Assembly (NCBI RefSeq): GCF_006345805.1
Contig: NC_043002.1
Location: 86,986,001 to 87,050,000 of the forward strand
Length of the DNA stretch: 64,000 bases
Direction of reading: 5' to 3'
Source of the DNA: Octopus sinensis
Taxonomy: Eukaryota
The notes beneath the pieces were generated by a model. The model did not search any database. It was not told the origin of the DNA and was given only the letters and a program-made list of their open reading frames with translations. Every line of letters starts with the position of its first letter. Position 1 is the stretch's first letter. Shown piece by piece: positions 1-12,799 of the stretch. The translations under genes were made by a program, and so were the position numbers.

Positions 1-339
1 CGTTGCTCGGGTTTGTTTCGACCCTTTAGAATTGGAATTTTTGAAAAGTAAAAATTTTGCATTATGTAGCTTGTTATTCTCTTTAAGTGAACATTTTTCT
101 GGTTGAAAAAGGGCGACACAGCAGTCAAAAAATCGTAAAAAATAGGGATTTTCATAGAAAAAAAAGCACCTTTTTAATGTAAATAGTTTTTGGTGTTAAC
201 ATGGTCCGATTTGAACCCTACTGCTATCATACTCTCAATTTTGGTCAAGTTGCGCCACAGGGTCTCGGAGGAGATAGTGTTAGTTGAAGGCTACCAAACC
301 TGCCATACATAGACAACTTCAGCTTTATATATAGAGAGA
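1..339 (-). mobile_element. Non-autonomous Helitron-like element, cut by the window edge
   Basis: The minus strand starts A|TCTCTCTATATATAAAGCTG and runs to AAACCCGAGCAACG, the same pre-hairpin 3' sequence as the complete copy at 53022-53651. Confidence 0.7.
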
Positions 340-972
340 TTAGGGATAAAGAAGAACTAGGGAGTAATTGATGTACCTTTCTAGGTTTTCAGTCTTTGCT
401 TCCTATTGAAATATTAACTTTAAAAACATAATGTAATATGACATTCATGTTAATTATAAGCAATTGACCAAGATATGGTTTATAAAATGTCAAAATTAGA
501 TGATATTTTTATACATGCAATAAAGATGACCACATTAAGTGTATATCCTGACATGTCTACACACACACACACACACAAATACACACATTATTGTTGTTGT
601 TTAGTCAGCCCTGTTCTAATAGAAATATATTCAGAGACATTCCAGCTACGCAATAAGGGTCCTCAATGCTTGAGAACAAAGATAGTTTTGGCATTCCCAC
701 CTTAATTGTTAATTGTTAATAAACCAGAAGATATTTTGCATTCCTTCGCACCTGCATCAGGAAGACAGGTGGTGCCCCTCTACCTCTGCCTTCCTTCTTT
801 TGTTACACCCCTGTTAGCTGTGACCATTCATTTTTTAATTCAGCCATGGTCTATCTACAATCACATCATCAAATATGTCCTTTTAAGATACTAGGGTGTG
901 ATTTGAGGGGGATAAGACTGTTATTTCTAACAAATCGAGTTACCATGTTGAAGCTCACCTGTTGGCATGTTT

Positions 973-1387
973 GGATCTTTTCAGTTTGAATGGCAGTTTT
1001 TAACATAATTTCTAGGTAACTAAAAAATTCTAAATTTCGTATACTGGTAGAATGTGTTTATAAAACATCTTTTTCTCTTGGCTTTATTGAGAAAATTCTA
1101 TAGTTTGTAAGATATTTGTTGTTTTTTTCTTCAATTTCTGCAATTTCAACCAATCAGTGACGTCTATTGAGTTAAAAAGCATTCTGTGCCGTATGAATAT
1201 GTCCCTCGTTTAAGAAACAGATTGGGTTTATTTACATTTGTGAAGAAAAAAAGATACCCTTCCCCCACCCCTAACCCTAACCCTAAAACAGATTGAAATG
1301 CAATAGATCGATTCTAGGGTCATAATTATGAGTGACAATTTCATATGACACCGCTAGAAAAAACTGCCGTTCAAACCGAAAAGATCC
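973..1387 (+). mobile_element. Merlin-type MITE copy 1
   Basis: About 28-bp TIRs (GGATCTTTTC(A/G)GTTTGAA(T/C)GGCAGTTTT ... AAAACTGCCGTTCAAACCGAAAAGATCC). The 8-bp flanks gcatgttt/acatgttt match 7/8. Internal CCCTAACCCTAACCCTAA. Confidence 0.8.
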
Positions 1388-1696
1388 ACATGTTTATGTA
1401 TGCAGGTATCCTCTACGTTACTGAAGTATCGTGCTCTTGAAAACCTTACTGTAACATAAAATTCTGTAATGCAAAACCTACATTCCCACCGTATTACAGA
1501 ACAGATTTCATTTTACAGATAATTCAATTTTATAACAAGATTTTCAGGAAAGCAAACCTGTAATGCAAGGGATGCCTGTTTGCAGAACAAATTAGCCAAA
1601 TGAAAACAGAGGGACAAAGAACAGAGAAATAGGTAGACACATTTAGTTAAATCAACTGCATGAAATAAAATCATATCACATATCAAAAATGATTAC

Positions 1697-1720
1697 CTTC
1701 AAATGTTTTGTAGCATGACA
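1697..1720 (-). other. Candidate 24-nt micro-exon of an unidentified host gene
   Basis: Minus strand reads ttttggtttcccttactAG|TGTCATGCTACAAAACATTTGAAG|GTaatc: pyrimidine tract, AG acceptor, GT donor. Open in two frames (CHATKHLK or SCYKTFE). No transcript evidence. Confidence 0.3.
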
Positions 1721-2329
1721 CTAGTAAGGGAAACCAAAATAATTAAAATTTTCTAATTCAATTAATTTTGTGAATTTTCAAATAGTATCAGATATTTAAT
1801 ATAAAACTAGGGAAGAGATCCTAATAAAAGTAATTAGAGAAAATTAAGTGGATTATATACAATAAATTATCTATAATAGCGGTTCAGTTAGGTTGAAAAA
1901 GAAAGTCCTGTTGCATTTCAAGATAAGAAAGAAACATGCCATTTGGGTCTTAATTGATATATTTAATCAAGATAATATTTCCCATCATTATTGATAACAT
2001 GATCCCATCTATTTGGCAAATTGTTGATCCTGTGGGAATAGAATTCTTTCAGGTTTAAAAACACAGAATCACTCAATACCATTTCTAACCACTTCACAAT
2101 TAATAAACAGTCTTCCTGCTAAACAAAGATGCTAAGATCTGAAAAGATGAGTCAGTTGGAGCAAAGTCAGGAAAAAAAAGCGAGTTGAGGTAAAACTTCT
2201 ATATTTAGAGCTATAATCTTTTCTTGAGGAACTTGGGCAATATGTGGTTATTATTGTGTAAGAGCAACACCTCTTCATAATTAACTAATGATGGATGTTT
2301 TTAATGAAAATTTTTGTGCAATGCTTCCG

Positions 2330-2640
2330 AATGATAACAATACTTCTCTCTATTAACTGTTTTATTTTGGTTTGCCGCTTCATGATAGATTACACCCTTC
2401 ATATCTTACCAAACACACCTTGTTTGGGGATAAATTATTCTTTTTCATTGGATGCTAACCATTGTCATTTTTGTTGGATATGCTTATAGAGAACCCACTT
2501 TTCATCACTTGTGATGATACTACTCAGGAAAGGTTTGGCAGTAAGTCTACTTTTCAATGATGAGCAGAGAGCAACTCTTTGTTTAAACTGAGAAGCAGTC
2601 ACATGATGAGAAACCCACTGACCAAGTGTAGACACATTTT
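2330..2640 (-). pseudogene. mariner transposase fragment
   Basis: Minus-strand translation KNVSTLGQWVSHHV...RVALCSSL...PFLSSIITSDEKWVLYK matches the WVPHEL and TGDEKW motifs of mariner transposases. Confidence 0.8.
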
Positions 2641-2652
2641 TTTAGTTTCCTT

Positions 2653-2900
2653 GTTGTCAAGCGATGCTGGGGGAGAGGGACAAATACAGACACACAAACA
2701 CACACACACACACATATATATACATATACATATATACGACAGGCTTCTTTCAGTTTCCGTCTACCAAATCCACTCACAAGGCTTTGGTCAGTCCGAGGCT
2801 ATAGTAGAAGACACTTGCCCGAGGTGCCACGCAGTGAGACTGAACACGGAACCATGTGGTTGGGAAGCAAGCTACTTACCACACAGCCACTCCTGCACCT
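2653..2900 (-). mobile_element. SINE family A, 5' part
   Basis: Same head and core (GGAGTGGCTGTGTGGTAAG ... GGATTTGGTAGACGGAAACTGAAAGAAGCC) as the copies at 22870, 24828, 30709 and 31511. Confidence 0.85.
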
Positions 2901-4142
2901 ATGGAAACAAAAACAATATTGCAATGTCATCTTATCAAGAACTGACTCCAGTTCTACCAAACAGTACTTTCCCATGAAAATTTAATGCAATAAGGATATT
3001 CATAAAGATATGTTTTAGGAAGCTCTTCTCTCTTCACTCACATTCTTTTCCTAACATTCACATAAGGCCACAAATATTGAGGGACAGGCATGTCATTTAA
3101 AACTGACCCAGTACTTAACTGGTACCTATTTTATCACTTCTGGAATTAGAAAAGGCATAGCCAACTCCCAGCAGGATTTGAACTCGGAACATAAAGCATC
3201 ATAACTGAATTCCAGAAGACATTTTATTAAGTACTCTACTAATGTTGCTTTCCACCTCTTTCTATTTATACAGCCAAACAATGAGTTGTACACAGATGTT
3301 GTACTTGTGCTTAATTTAATGTTAATATACTGTAGTTAATGAATATTAAAAATCTAATTAGAAATAATTAGGCAATGAAGAAGAAAAATAACACAATGTT
3401 TGCCAATGACTAATATTGTTCTAATTAGTCCAGTAAGTATGGGAGAGAACTGTAGACATATTTCAGTCTTATTAGATCTCTTCAACAAGCATTTCTTTCT
3501 AGTTCCTTTATCTAAACCTCAAAACACTTTATTGCCAGAGATGTTCAGGTTCACGAAGAACAGTGCTTAACTCTGGTGAGGTGAGGTGAGGAAAAGACAA
3601 TTGTCTCCCAATTAAATGTACTAATATAATTAGAAGTTTGCAGTCCCGAACGATATTGCTTTACTCCAGATCAACCTTTATTGACAGAGCTGATCAAAGG
3701 GTTTCAGCTATGATCATCTTATCATTTTAGGGTTAATGAATCATTACATTATCTAACATGTTCTTCCTTTGTTTACTTAAAAAGTTAAATTGTAATTGGA
3801 TAGAAAGTTTGGCTGCTACTTTTAGCAGCTCAAGCCACCATGTAGGAACTCGCTTGGTATATAATTTATGACCAAAGGCTAAATTAAATGGGATAAATTT
3901 AAACAATGCTCTCCTCACTTGTATTAACATTAACAAATTGAAATAACTATAATGGATTTGAACTCATGACTCAGAGAACTGGTAGTCCAATGCTTTATTC
4001 ATATCATCACCCTATCGCTTGTTTACGATATAATTATAATGTTTGGGAAAGGAGGTAAAAACCTGTACATTGTGGAGTACATATGCATTTTGTTACTGAG
4101 TGTAACATATATAATATATATGCATATATATATTATATACGG

Positions 4143-4214
4143 TCCTCGATAGTATAGTAGTAAGTATCCCTGCCTGTCACGCGAGGGACTGGGGTTCGAT
4201 TCCCCACCGGGGAG
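4143..4214 (+). tRNA. tRNA-Asp(GTC)-like sequence, diverged; head of a retroposed chimera or SINE
   Basis: 72 nt TCCTCGATAGTATAGTAGTAAG...CCTGTCACGC...GGGGTTCGATTCCCCACCGGGGAG, GTC anticodon at 4176-4178. Several changes from the conserved eukaryotic tRNA-Asp. A LINE-type tail follows at 4233-4290. Confidence 0.85.
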
Positions 4215-4578
4215 ACATTGACGCTGCCTAATGGCGGTGCCCCAGCATGGCCACAGCTCGTGAGCTGAAAATAGATAAAATGAAAAAAATGAAATGAAAT
4301 GATACATACATGCACACACACACATGTGCACGTGTGTGCAGATACACACACACGCATGTGCAGACACACACACACACTCACACTCACACACATTCACAGG
4401 CAGTATATTTCATTATGCAAAAGGTTTTTCAACAATTTATTATTAGTTATAGCTTTCTGGCTTTGTGTACTTTTAAGGTCTTTTGTTCCAAACAATGAAT
4501 TATTTCTCGTTCCCTTGAAAGATTATAAATTCTTATAAAGGTTAAACGACGATGATGATGATAATGATGATGATGATG

Positions 4579-4618
<40 letters not shown>

Positions 4619-4637
4619 GCATACATATGTATATGTA

Positions 4638-4690
<53 letters not shown>

Positions 4691-4693
<3 letters not shown>

Positions 4694-4835
4694 GGAGTAA
4701 ACACATAAATGTGAAACAAGGTGGAAAAAAGAGTACTCAAATACCAGGGGTAGAGTAATATGCTTTATTTAAAAGCAGAAGAAATTCAACAAAACAGGTT
4801 TTGTTGAATTTCTGCTGCTTTTAAATAAAGTATAT
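4691..4835. mobile_element. Penelope-like pseudo-LTR remnant with a 33-bp hairpin
   Basis: Shares ACCGGAGTAAACACATAAATGTGAAACAAGG with 40657. Arms 4763-4795 and 4798-4830 are inverted with one mismatch. Confidence 0.55.
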
Positions 4836-5172
4836 ATATATACAGACATATAAATATACATACATATGTGTGTGTGTGTGTGTGTGTAGAGAGAGAGAGA
4901 GGTACGGTGCTGAGATGTTCCTGGCTTTGGGTAAAAGAAAACACAGGATGATCATTTAATTATGATTTTATTCAACATATTCCCCACTTAGATTCACACA
5001 CTGCAGTAGCCCTTGATTTTTTCTAAACCCTGTAAAAGAACATGGAAGATTGGGCCTACATATGTATACACACACACATATATATATGTATGTATGTGTG
5101 TGTGTATAATCTATCTATCTATCTGTCTGTCTGTCTATACATACCTTCATCACAAGCTTCTTTTAGATTTCA

Positions 5173-5621
5173 GGATCTTTTCGGTTTGAATGGCAGTTTT
5201 TTAACATAATTTCTAGGTAACTAAAACATTTTAAACTTCGTATACTGGTAGAATGTGTTTATAAAACATCTTTTTCTCTTGGCTTTATTGAGAAAATTCT
5301 ATAGTTTGTAAGATATTTGTTGTTTTTTTTCTTCAATTTCTGCAATTTCAACTAATCACTGACATCTATTGAGGTAAACAACATTCTGTGCTGTATGAAT
5401 ATGTCCCTCGCTTAAGAAACATATTGGGTTTATTTACATGTATGAAGAAAAAAAGATACCCTTCCCCCACCCCTAACGCTAACCTTAACCCTAAATAACC
5501 CTAACTAATCCTAAACCTAAAATAGATTGAAATGCAATAGATCGATACTAGGGTCATAATTATGGGTCACAATTTCATGTGACACCGCTAGAAAAAACTG
5601 CTGTTCAAACCGAAAAGATCC
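5173..5621 (+). mobile_element. Merlin-type MITE copy 2
   Basis: Same TIRs as copy 1. Perfect 9-bp target-site duplication tagatttca (5164-5172 and 5622-5630). Expanded degenerate CCCTAA tract near 5470-5520. Confidence 0.85.
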
Positions 5622-5944
5622 TAGATTTCATTTACTAAATTCACTTGTAAGGCCTTCGGTTAGCCCTCTGCTATAAATAGAACTCAAAGCCAAGCAAAGC
5701 TTTAAGTACAAAGCAAGAGACACAAACTACTTCTGTTGTGTCATCTCATTAAAACCATGCTTTAAACAGTAGATAATCTGGAGACATCCATCTCTTTTCA
5801 AGGTTTCATTTAGCTGGTCACATTTAATGGGTTTTATTTAAAATTCTGCTGGCTCTCACACACTATCTTTACCTAGAAACTTAAGGGTATGGTTAGCCAT
5901 CACCACCCCATCATGTCACACATTGTCCTGGATTACACAGTATC

Positions 5945-6325
5945 ATATGTATATGCATATATGTATATGTGCACACATATGTAATTGTATATATACACAC
6001 ACACACACACACAAACACACACAGACAGCTATAGATATATATACATACATATAGTGTGTGCGTGTGTGTGTGTGTGCATGTATCTGCGTCTATTCATATA
6101 TGTCTATACACTCACACACACATATATATGTATGCACGCATACACGCATGTTTACATGCGCAGGAATATATGTGCACGTGTGTGTGTGTGAGTATTCATA
6201 CACATACATGCATACAAACATGCATGCACACACGTATGAATATGCATAGGTGTATGTATAAATATATTTACACACACACACACACACACACACACTCGTG
6301 CACACACATGCACGCACACACACAT
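5945..6325. repeat. Compound (TA)/(CA)/(TG) microsatellite
   Basis: Read directly; explains the HTHT/CVCV ORFs. Confidence 0.9.
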
Positions 6326-6589
6326 ATTCTGAACCAGTGAGCATTGTATACTTTTCCATGCTGGCATGAGTTGTAAGAGTTGTTGGTTGCATGGGAACAG
6401 TATCTCATTAGACAGTGAAGTCTTTTGCATGCTTTCTTTGGTTTGATGCTCTAGCTATCACCAACCACCCTATGGTGTATACTGGGTACATTTTATATTG
6501 GCTCCATCACAAGAAGCTGTTTTGTTCTCCATTCATCCATTTCTTATCTTTGCAACACAACTAGGTGGGAAGACAGCCAGAACAAGAGT

Positions 6590-6642
6590 GTGAAATAAGA
6601 AAGAGTAATATAGCCAGAGTGAAAAGAGTGAGAGGGTGACAG

Positions 6643-6677
<35 letters not shown>

Positions 6678-7155
6678 GGAGAGAGAGACTAATGGAAGAA
6701 AGAGAGACAGAAAGGAAGAAAGAAAGAGAGTCTTATGCAGCTGCATGCTGGTTGTAGGTAAGATGGTTGAATAGAAACAATATGACTGGGTGAGTGAAAG
6801 AAAGAGTGGTGGAAGTGAATGAAAGTGAAGAGTGATTGAAGGGGGAAGTAATAGAGAACTAGAGCAATTGAAATAGAAGGAAAGAGATGGAGAGAGAGAG
6901 AAAGAGAGAGAGAGCTGATGGTTGTTGATAAGGAGATTGAATACAAACATCCTAACCAACAGAGTAGGACAGAAGGAGGGAGAAACAGTGAGAGATGCTA
7001 GAAGAGAAAGTAATTGAAGAAAAACAGAATGGCAGAGACAGAAGCGAAAGGGTGACAGATGAGAGATTAATGGGCGAGAGAAAGAGTGATAGCAATATGG
7101 TGATTCTTGGTAAGGAGATTGAAGAGAAACGGCAAGAAAGCGGGGAAATTTAAGC
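6590..7155. repeat. GA-rich purine low-complexity tract
   Basis: About 560 bp dominated by A/G on the plus strand with (GA)n runs. The 198-aa minus ORF is an S/L/F-rich by-product. Confidence 0.75.
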
Positions 7156-7412
7156 ATAAATATTTAATATTGACATCACAGCTTTCTGGGCACATTGAAA
7201 AATTGAGTGTGTGTGTGTGTGTGTGTGTGCGTGCGTGCGTGCGCGCGCATGTACATGTGTGTGTGTGTGTGTGCATGTGATTTAAAGTTGATGGAATAAT
7301 TGACGGACTGAAATATATATTGGGTCTATGTGATTTGACTAAAATTCTCAAAGGTGGCCAAACTGCAGTTCAGTGACTGTAACCAGAAAAAGCCCACACA
7401 CACACACACACA

Positions 7413-7450
<38 letters not shown>

Positions 7451-7788
7451 AGCACACACACACGCATGCATGCACACACCCACATGCTTCCCCTCCACAC
7501 AGTTAAGTTAGTGTCAACACATTCAATCCAGAGATGACTAAAAATAACTCACAATTAATAATTTCACATTCAGATATGCATGCGTACAGTCTCTTATGCA
7601 TCACAGAAATACATTTCAACTTGTAACTTGGAAGTCAGTTTAGAAACTATGTCTTTACATCACTGAATTCCCTCATCATGGCAAAGCTTTCAGGAATCAA
7701 CCCTTATATAACATGGAGGATTGATGTAGTTTCTAAGTTTCCAGTCATAAATATTACAGAGTGCTTAAACTATAACCCACGCAACACT

Positions 7789-8003
7789 AGTAGAAATATT
7801 ATTATTTCTAAGTCTCTCTAAAGGAGACCATGGCAGCAGTACTGAATATTAATAGTTATTGCCAAGCTAATATGGCAGTCCATAAATATAGGATGAAAGC
7901 TGCCGTTGATTAGGTAGAGGTGATGGCCTCTTGGAGCTAATCAACGACAGCTTTCATCCTATATTTATGGACTGCCATATTAGCTTGGCGATAACTATTA
8001 ATA
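7789..8003. mobile_element. Hairpin-forming repeat, same family as 32202-32665
   Basis: 67-bp inverted arms 7847-7913 and 7937-8003. Modules TCTCTCTAAAGGAGAC and ATTAATAGTTATCGCCAAGCTAA recur at 32202-32665. Confidence 0.6.
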
Positions 8004-8642
8004 CCACACAACACTGTTTTCAATGATGAAATACTTTAAAACATGCACTCTGCCACTCACAATTTTCTGTTTATTTTTATCTTTGACAAACCCTGTTATA
8101 TTTACTAAACATTTATTTTCATTGTCAGCAGTATCTCTCAACACTGTTATTTATATATAAAACTCTGCGTATATCTCAACACTGTTATTTATATATAAAA
8201 CTCGGTGACATATATCTAGTAGTACATCAAAACACCATTATTTATTTCTAAACTGGGAATCTAGTTTGAATCTGGTTTGTTTTGTGCTTTCTGATGATTT
8301 ATTATTGTTTCTGTTAATGACCAGTAGCTCACTTTGAATTCCCTCTCTGGAATGAAAATATCTTAAAATATCATGGTGACATATATATGAATGTAGATAT
8401 GAAGAACGAGGTACTATTGAACAATAAAGCAAAGTTTGAAAGTATGTAATGTAATCCATTGGCCTTTGTGTGGTGTATGCTGCACAAATATAGCCATATA
8501 GAGATTTCCTTTAGGCTTCCCAGAATATTGATTTTGAACATTTGCTGCTATAAGGCCGTAAATTTGAAGGGAGCACACAGATTAAATTATCATTCATTTT
8601 TACACCTATTTTTCTGTACTATTATTACGTAAAATATATAAT

Positions 8643-8810
8643 TTACATAAAAATATAATTTTCATAATTCAGTTATTTGGTGGAGCTTCATTTCAAATTT
8701 CTTTTGTGAGATTTAAAAAGTGTAAATCTGAAAAATAAATTTGAAAAGAAAATCAAGGAGTCACAAAGACAGGGAAGGAGGAGGCAAAGAAATAAAGGGG
8801 GTAGGGAAAG
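8643..8810 (+). repeat. About 168-bp direct repeat, partner at 10856-11022
   Basis: TTACATAAAAATATAATTTT...GGTGGAGCTTCATTTCAAATTTCTTTTGTGAG...GACAGGGAAGGAGGAGGCAAAGAAATAAAGGG is present at both sites with few substitutions. Confidence 0.85.
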
Positions 8811-9542
8811 AACACTTATTACTGAGGTTGTCTTTTACAACTGGATGCCCTTCCTGTTGCTAACCTTTATCTATTGTTCAAGGGAGGGATTGGTTTTATT
8901 CCACATGTTTCTGAAAATGCTGTGCTAGTAGTTTACAGAGAATGACAAACTTCACCATTTGTAGCTCAGCACTTTTTCATGCAGAGCATGAAATGTAGAC
9001 ATTCACATAAACGCACACACCCTTGTACATGTATCAAAGATTTGAACTCATAACACAAAGTGATATAATTAATCACTGTTCACTATGGACGACTAACGTA
9101 TTTTGAACCAAGAAAGGGAACTCTATATGGTCACTTTACCTGCTAGAAATAGCAGCCAAATATTTTTCAAATTACAGTCAAGCCTCTGTGAAATTAAAGG
9201 AAATATTACATAAAGAAGAATTAGTTAAACTATATTTGAAATGAAGAGATAGTTTTGGCGGTACTCTTTTGGTGTGTGATCTACAAGGGAGATTACTTTA
9301 GGTTACTTTTAAATTTATGTTGTACTTATTTAGCATTGTAAATGTATTTTTCAAAATTCTTACTATTTTAATAAAAAGAAAACCATATAATAATTATAAG
9401 TGCTTAGATCACCCACCATAGTAAATTTGCTCATGTAGATCACATGGAAAGTAGCACTAATACAAAGTAAAGTAAAAAGTAACCTAAATTAATCTCCCTT
9501 TAAATTGTAGCTCATACGGCAAAGTGGCTCATTTCTTTTTTT

Positions 9543-9954
9543 GGATCTTTTCAGTTTGAACGGCAGTTTTTTCTAGCGGTGTCATATGAAATTGTCACCC
9601 ATAATTATGACCCTAGTATCGATCTATTGCATTTCAATCTCTTTTAGGGTTAGAGGTGGGGGGAAGGGTATCTTTTTTTCTTCATACATGTAAATAAACC
9701 CAATCTGTTTCTTAAACGAGGGAAATATTCACACAACACAGAATGCTTTTTAACTCAATAGATGTCACTGATTTATTGAAATTGCAGAGATTGAAGAAAA
9801 AAAAACAACAAATATCTTACAAACTATAGAATTTTCTCAATAAAGCCAAGAGAAAAAGATGTTTTATAAACACATTCTACTAGTATAGGAAGTTTAAAAT
9901 CTTTTAGTTACCTAGAAATTATGTTAAAAACTGCCGTTCAAACCGAAAAGATCC
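9543..9954 (-). mobile_element. Merlin-type MITE copy 3
   Basis: Both TIRs present, opposite orientation to copies 1 and 2. 8-bp TSD cttttttt on both sides. Confidence 0.85.
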
Positions 9955-10855
9955 CTTTTTTTCAAGAAATGACGTGAATATAGTGCTGGTTTCTTGTAAA
10001 AATGCAACTGCCTTTGTCTTGTTGCTGGCTACATAGTAAAAATCTTTAGCCAACATCATATGGACTTTTAGAAATTGTAAAGTAAACTAAAAAGTAACCT
10101 TGTAGATCACACACCAAAGGAGCACCGCTTTGGCTAATCTGTCTTCCATTACATCTGCTTAACTGAGATTAAACAATTCTTATACATCTCTGTCAGTTTA
10201 AAGACACAATATGAGATACTTTATGGTACTTGTAACCTTTACAAATTCTACAGAAATCTGTTAACTTTTCTTGTGACTATTATTTTTTTCTTCAGCTATG
10301 TTCAAATACAAGATTGTCAACATTTTATGGGATAATTAAGTTTGACAATGGTTAGAGTCAACATACTTAATGCAGTAATTATTAAAACACTAATCAAAAA
10401 TAACTAATTATGTGTTAAGTCCACTGCACTAAAGAAAAGGACTATTAGTTAATGATTTAAATATTTTGGCAAGTAAGGGAGGCCACCCCGGACATGTTAT
10501 AACCTTATTAGGATCTCATTAGTGAAGCAGAAATATCACTGAACTTGCAAATGAAAATTACTATGATGTATATCTGCAGATTGGTTGGTGTACACAAACA
10601 ATTGTTTACAGGATAAATAACTCACAGTAGCTGCATAATTTACAATAAAATTATATCACAAGATTTTATTACCATGAAATAAATGATCTTTCGATATCAT
10701 TACATAAATATACCATAGAAGTACAACTAGCATTCTTTTCGCAAATATAATATGATTATGATATCTTGGATTAGACATTATTATGTAATAATTTGCTTTT
10801 TTCTTTCTGGGGTTTAATAAGATAAAAAATTTTTCGGAAACATCAGAAATTACGA

Positions 10856-11022
10856 TTACATAAAAATATAATTTTCATAATTCAGTTATTTGGTGGAGCT
10901 TCATTTCAAATTTCTTTTGTGAGATTTAAAAAGTGTAAATCTGAAAAACAAATTTCAAAAGAAAATCAAAGAGTCTCAAAGACAGGGAAGGAGGAGGCAA
11001 AGAAATAAAGGGAGTGGGGAGA
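10856..11022 (+). repeat. Second copy of the 8643-8810 repeat
   Basis: Direct alignment by eye with 8643-8810. Confidence 0.85.
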
Positions 11023-11140
11023 GAAATTTGAATTATTTTTGAGGAATCATATTCTAAGGTTTTTTCAAAAATATAAATCTGGGAAATTTTTTGAAAAAAG
11101 TCAGGATCTTTACCTTTTGACCAACAGATTTAAAAAATAA

Positions 11141-11786
11141 TTTTTTGTAACTAAACACTTTCAAACTTCAGACACTGGTAGAATGTGCCAAATAAAATAT
11201 CTTTTACTCTTAGTGTTTTTGAGAAAAGTTTATATTTACAAAATTATTTCATGTTAAAGTAGTCCTATTTCAGTAATTTCAACCAATCAATGTTGTGTAT
11301 TCAGCTGAATAAAATTACTGCTGTTGTTTGTCAACAACAACTATTGGTGGTGTATTTTTTGTTTGTCACTGTTATTTATGACATTGTTCGTGCATTTGTA
11401 CTGGTTTTAACTTTAAGGTTTTAGGGTTAGGGTGTTAGGGTTAGGATTTTAGGGTTAGATTTAGGGTTTTAGGGTTAGGGTTAAGGTTTTAGGGTTAGGG
11501 TTAACGTTTTAGGGTTAGGGTTAGGGTTTGAGGGTTAGAGTTGTCATAAATAACAGTGACAAACGAAATATACACCGCCAGAATTTCTTGTCGACAAACA
11601 ACAGCAGTAATTTTATTCAGCTGGATACACATCATTGATTGGTTGAAATTACCGAAATATGACAACTTTAACGTGCAATAACTTTGTAAATATAAGCTTT
11701 TCTCAAAAACGCTAAAAGTAAAAGATGTTTTATATGACATTTTCTACCAGTGTCTGAAGTTTGAAAGTGTTTAGTTACAAAAAAAA
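11141..11786. mobile_element. Foldback element with about 245-bp inverted arms around a (TTAGGG)n-like array
   Basis: 11141-11383 is the reverse complement of 11542-11786. The centre (11413-11540) has 12 perfect TTAGGG units plus variants. The arms share motifs with the Merlin-type MITE. Confidence 0.75.
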
Positions 11787-12004
11787 CAGAAAAAATTACA
11801 GAAAGGAGGTAAAATGCAAAAATATTTGAATTTAAAAAATTTATTTTGCATAATCGTAATCTATAATGTTTAAAACTTGCTTAAGCAAAGGAATTACAGA
11901 TTTTAGTGCAATAGATAATTTCTTATTCTATTCTACAAATTTCCCCGACATATTTTTAGGGTAAAGATGGAAATTTTTATAGTGTGTCAAGCACCCCACA
12001 TCTT

Positions 12005-12212
12005 TCGGTTTCAGATTTTGGCCCAAAGCCAGCAATTTTGGGGGAGGGGGTAAATTGATTACATCAACTTCAGTGTTCAACTGGTACTTATCTTATCGAC
12101 CCTCAAAAAATGAAAGGCAAAGTTGTCCACGGTTGAATTTGAACTCAGAATGTAAAGACGGATGAAATGTTGCGAAGTAGTTTGCCCAGTTGGCTAACAA
12201 TTCTGCCAACTC
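12005..12212 (-). mobile_element. SINE family B, diverged copy
   Basis: ACTGGTACTTATCTTATCGACCC...TGAAAGGCAAAGT...GAATTTGAACTCAGAA motif set. Confidence 0.75.
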
Positions 12213-12799
12213 ACCACTCCCGTTGGGTGTGTGTATTTCCGTCAGAAAAGAAAAAAGATGGAAGAAAAACAATTTTTTTTTTTTTACAATTGTCATTTTC
12301 CAATTTTTTTTCTTTCAGATTTATATCTGACATCATGATTCTTAAAAAATTACTTTCATCCCCACCTTTCTTTAGCACCCACTTCCACTTTCTGTAACTG
12401 TTTCATTTTTACAGTTTTTCGATTTTTTTTTAGTTTTAGATTTACACCTTACAAAACATCAGTGATTACTGTTATGTATATGCAAATTTTTTTTCAAAAT
12501 TGCAAAAATAAATAAATAAATAAATAAAAATAACTCAAATAACCTGAAATCAGAGAAATGTCGAAAATGAATGAGTAGTGCATATTTGTGCATATCTGCG
12601 CAATAGATTGGACAGGTTATTTTTCATTTTGAAAAAGTTTCTATTTCAGACAGTGAGCTGTTGGTGACCCGATAATACAAGTCGTTTATTTTTAATGAAA
12701 CTAATTTATCACAGAATAAAGTGAAGAAAAAAAAGCAAAACTGAATACCAGGATTTCCACCAAATTTGGAATGAATTGGTTTTCTAATGCAATGACTGA

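Noticed and set aside
6561-7157. 198-aa hydrophobic ORF
   Set aside because: Reverse strand of a GA-rich low-complexity tract; no domain motifs.
8333-8346. 14-nt minus-strand micro-exon candidate (ccAG|AGAGGGAATTCAAA|GTgagc)
   Set aside because: Splice signals are plausible but such pairs arise by chance in AT-rich DNA; not frame-preserving and unsupported.
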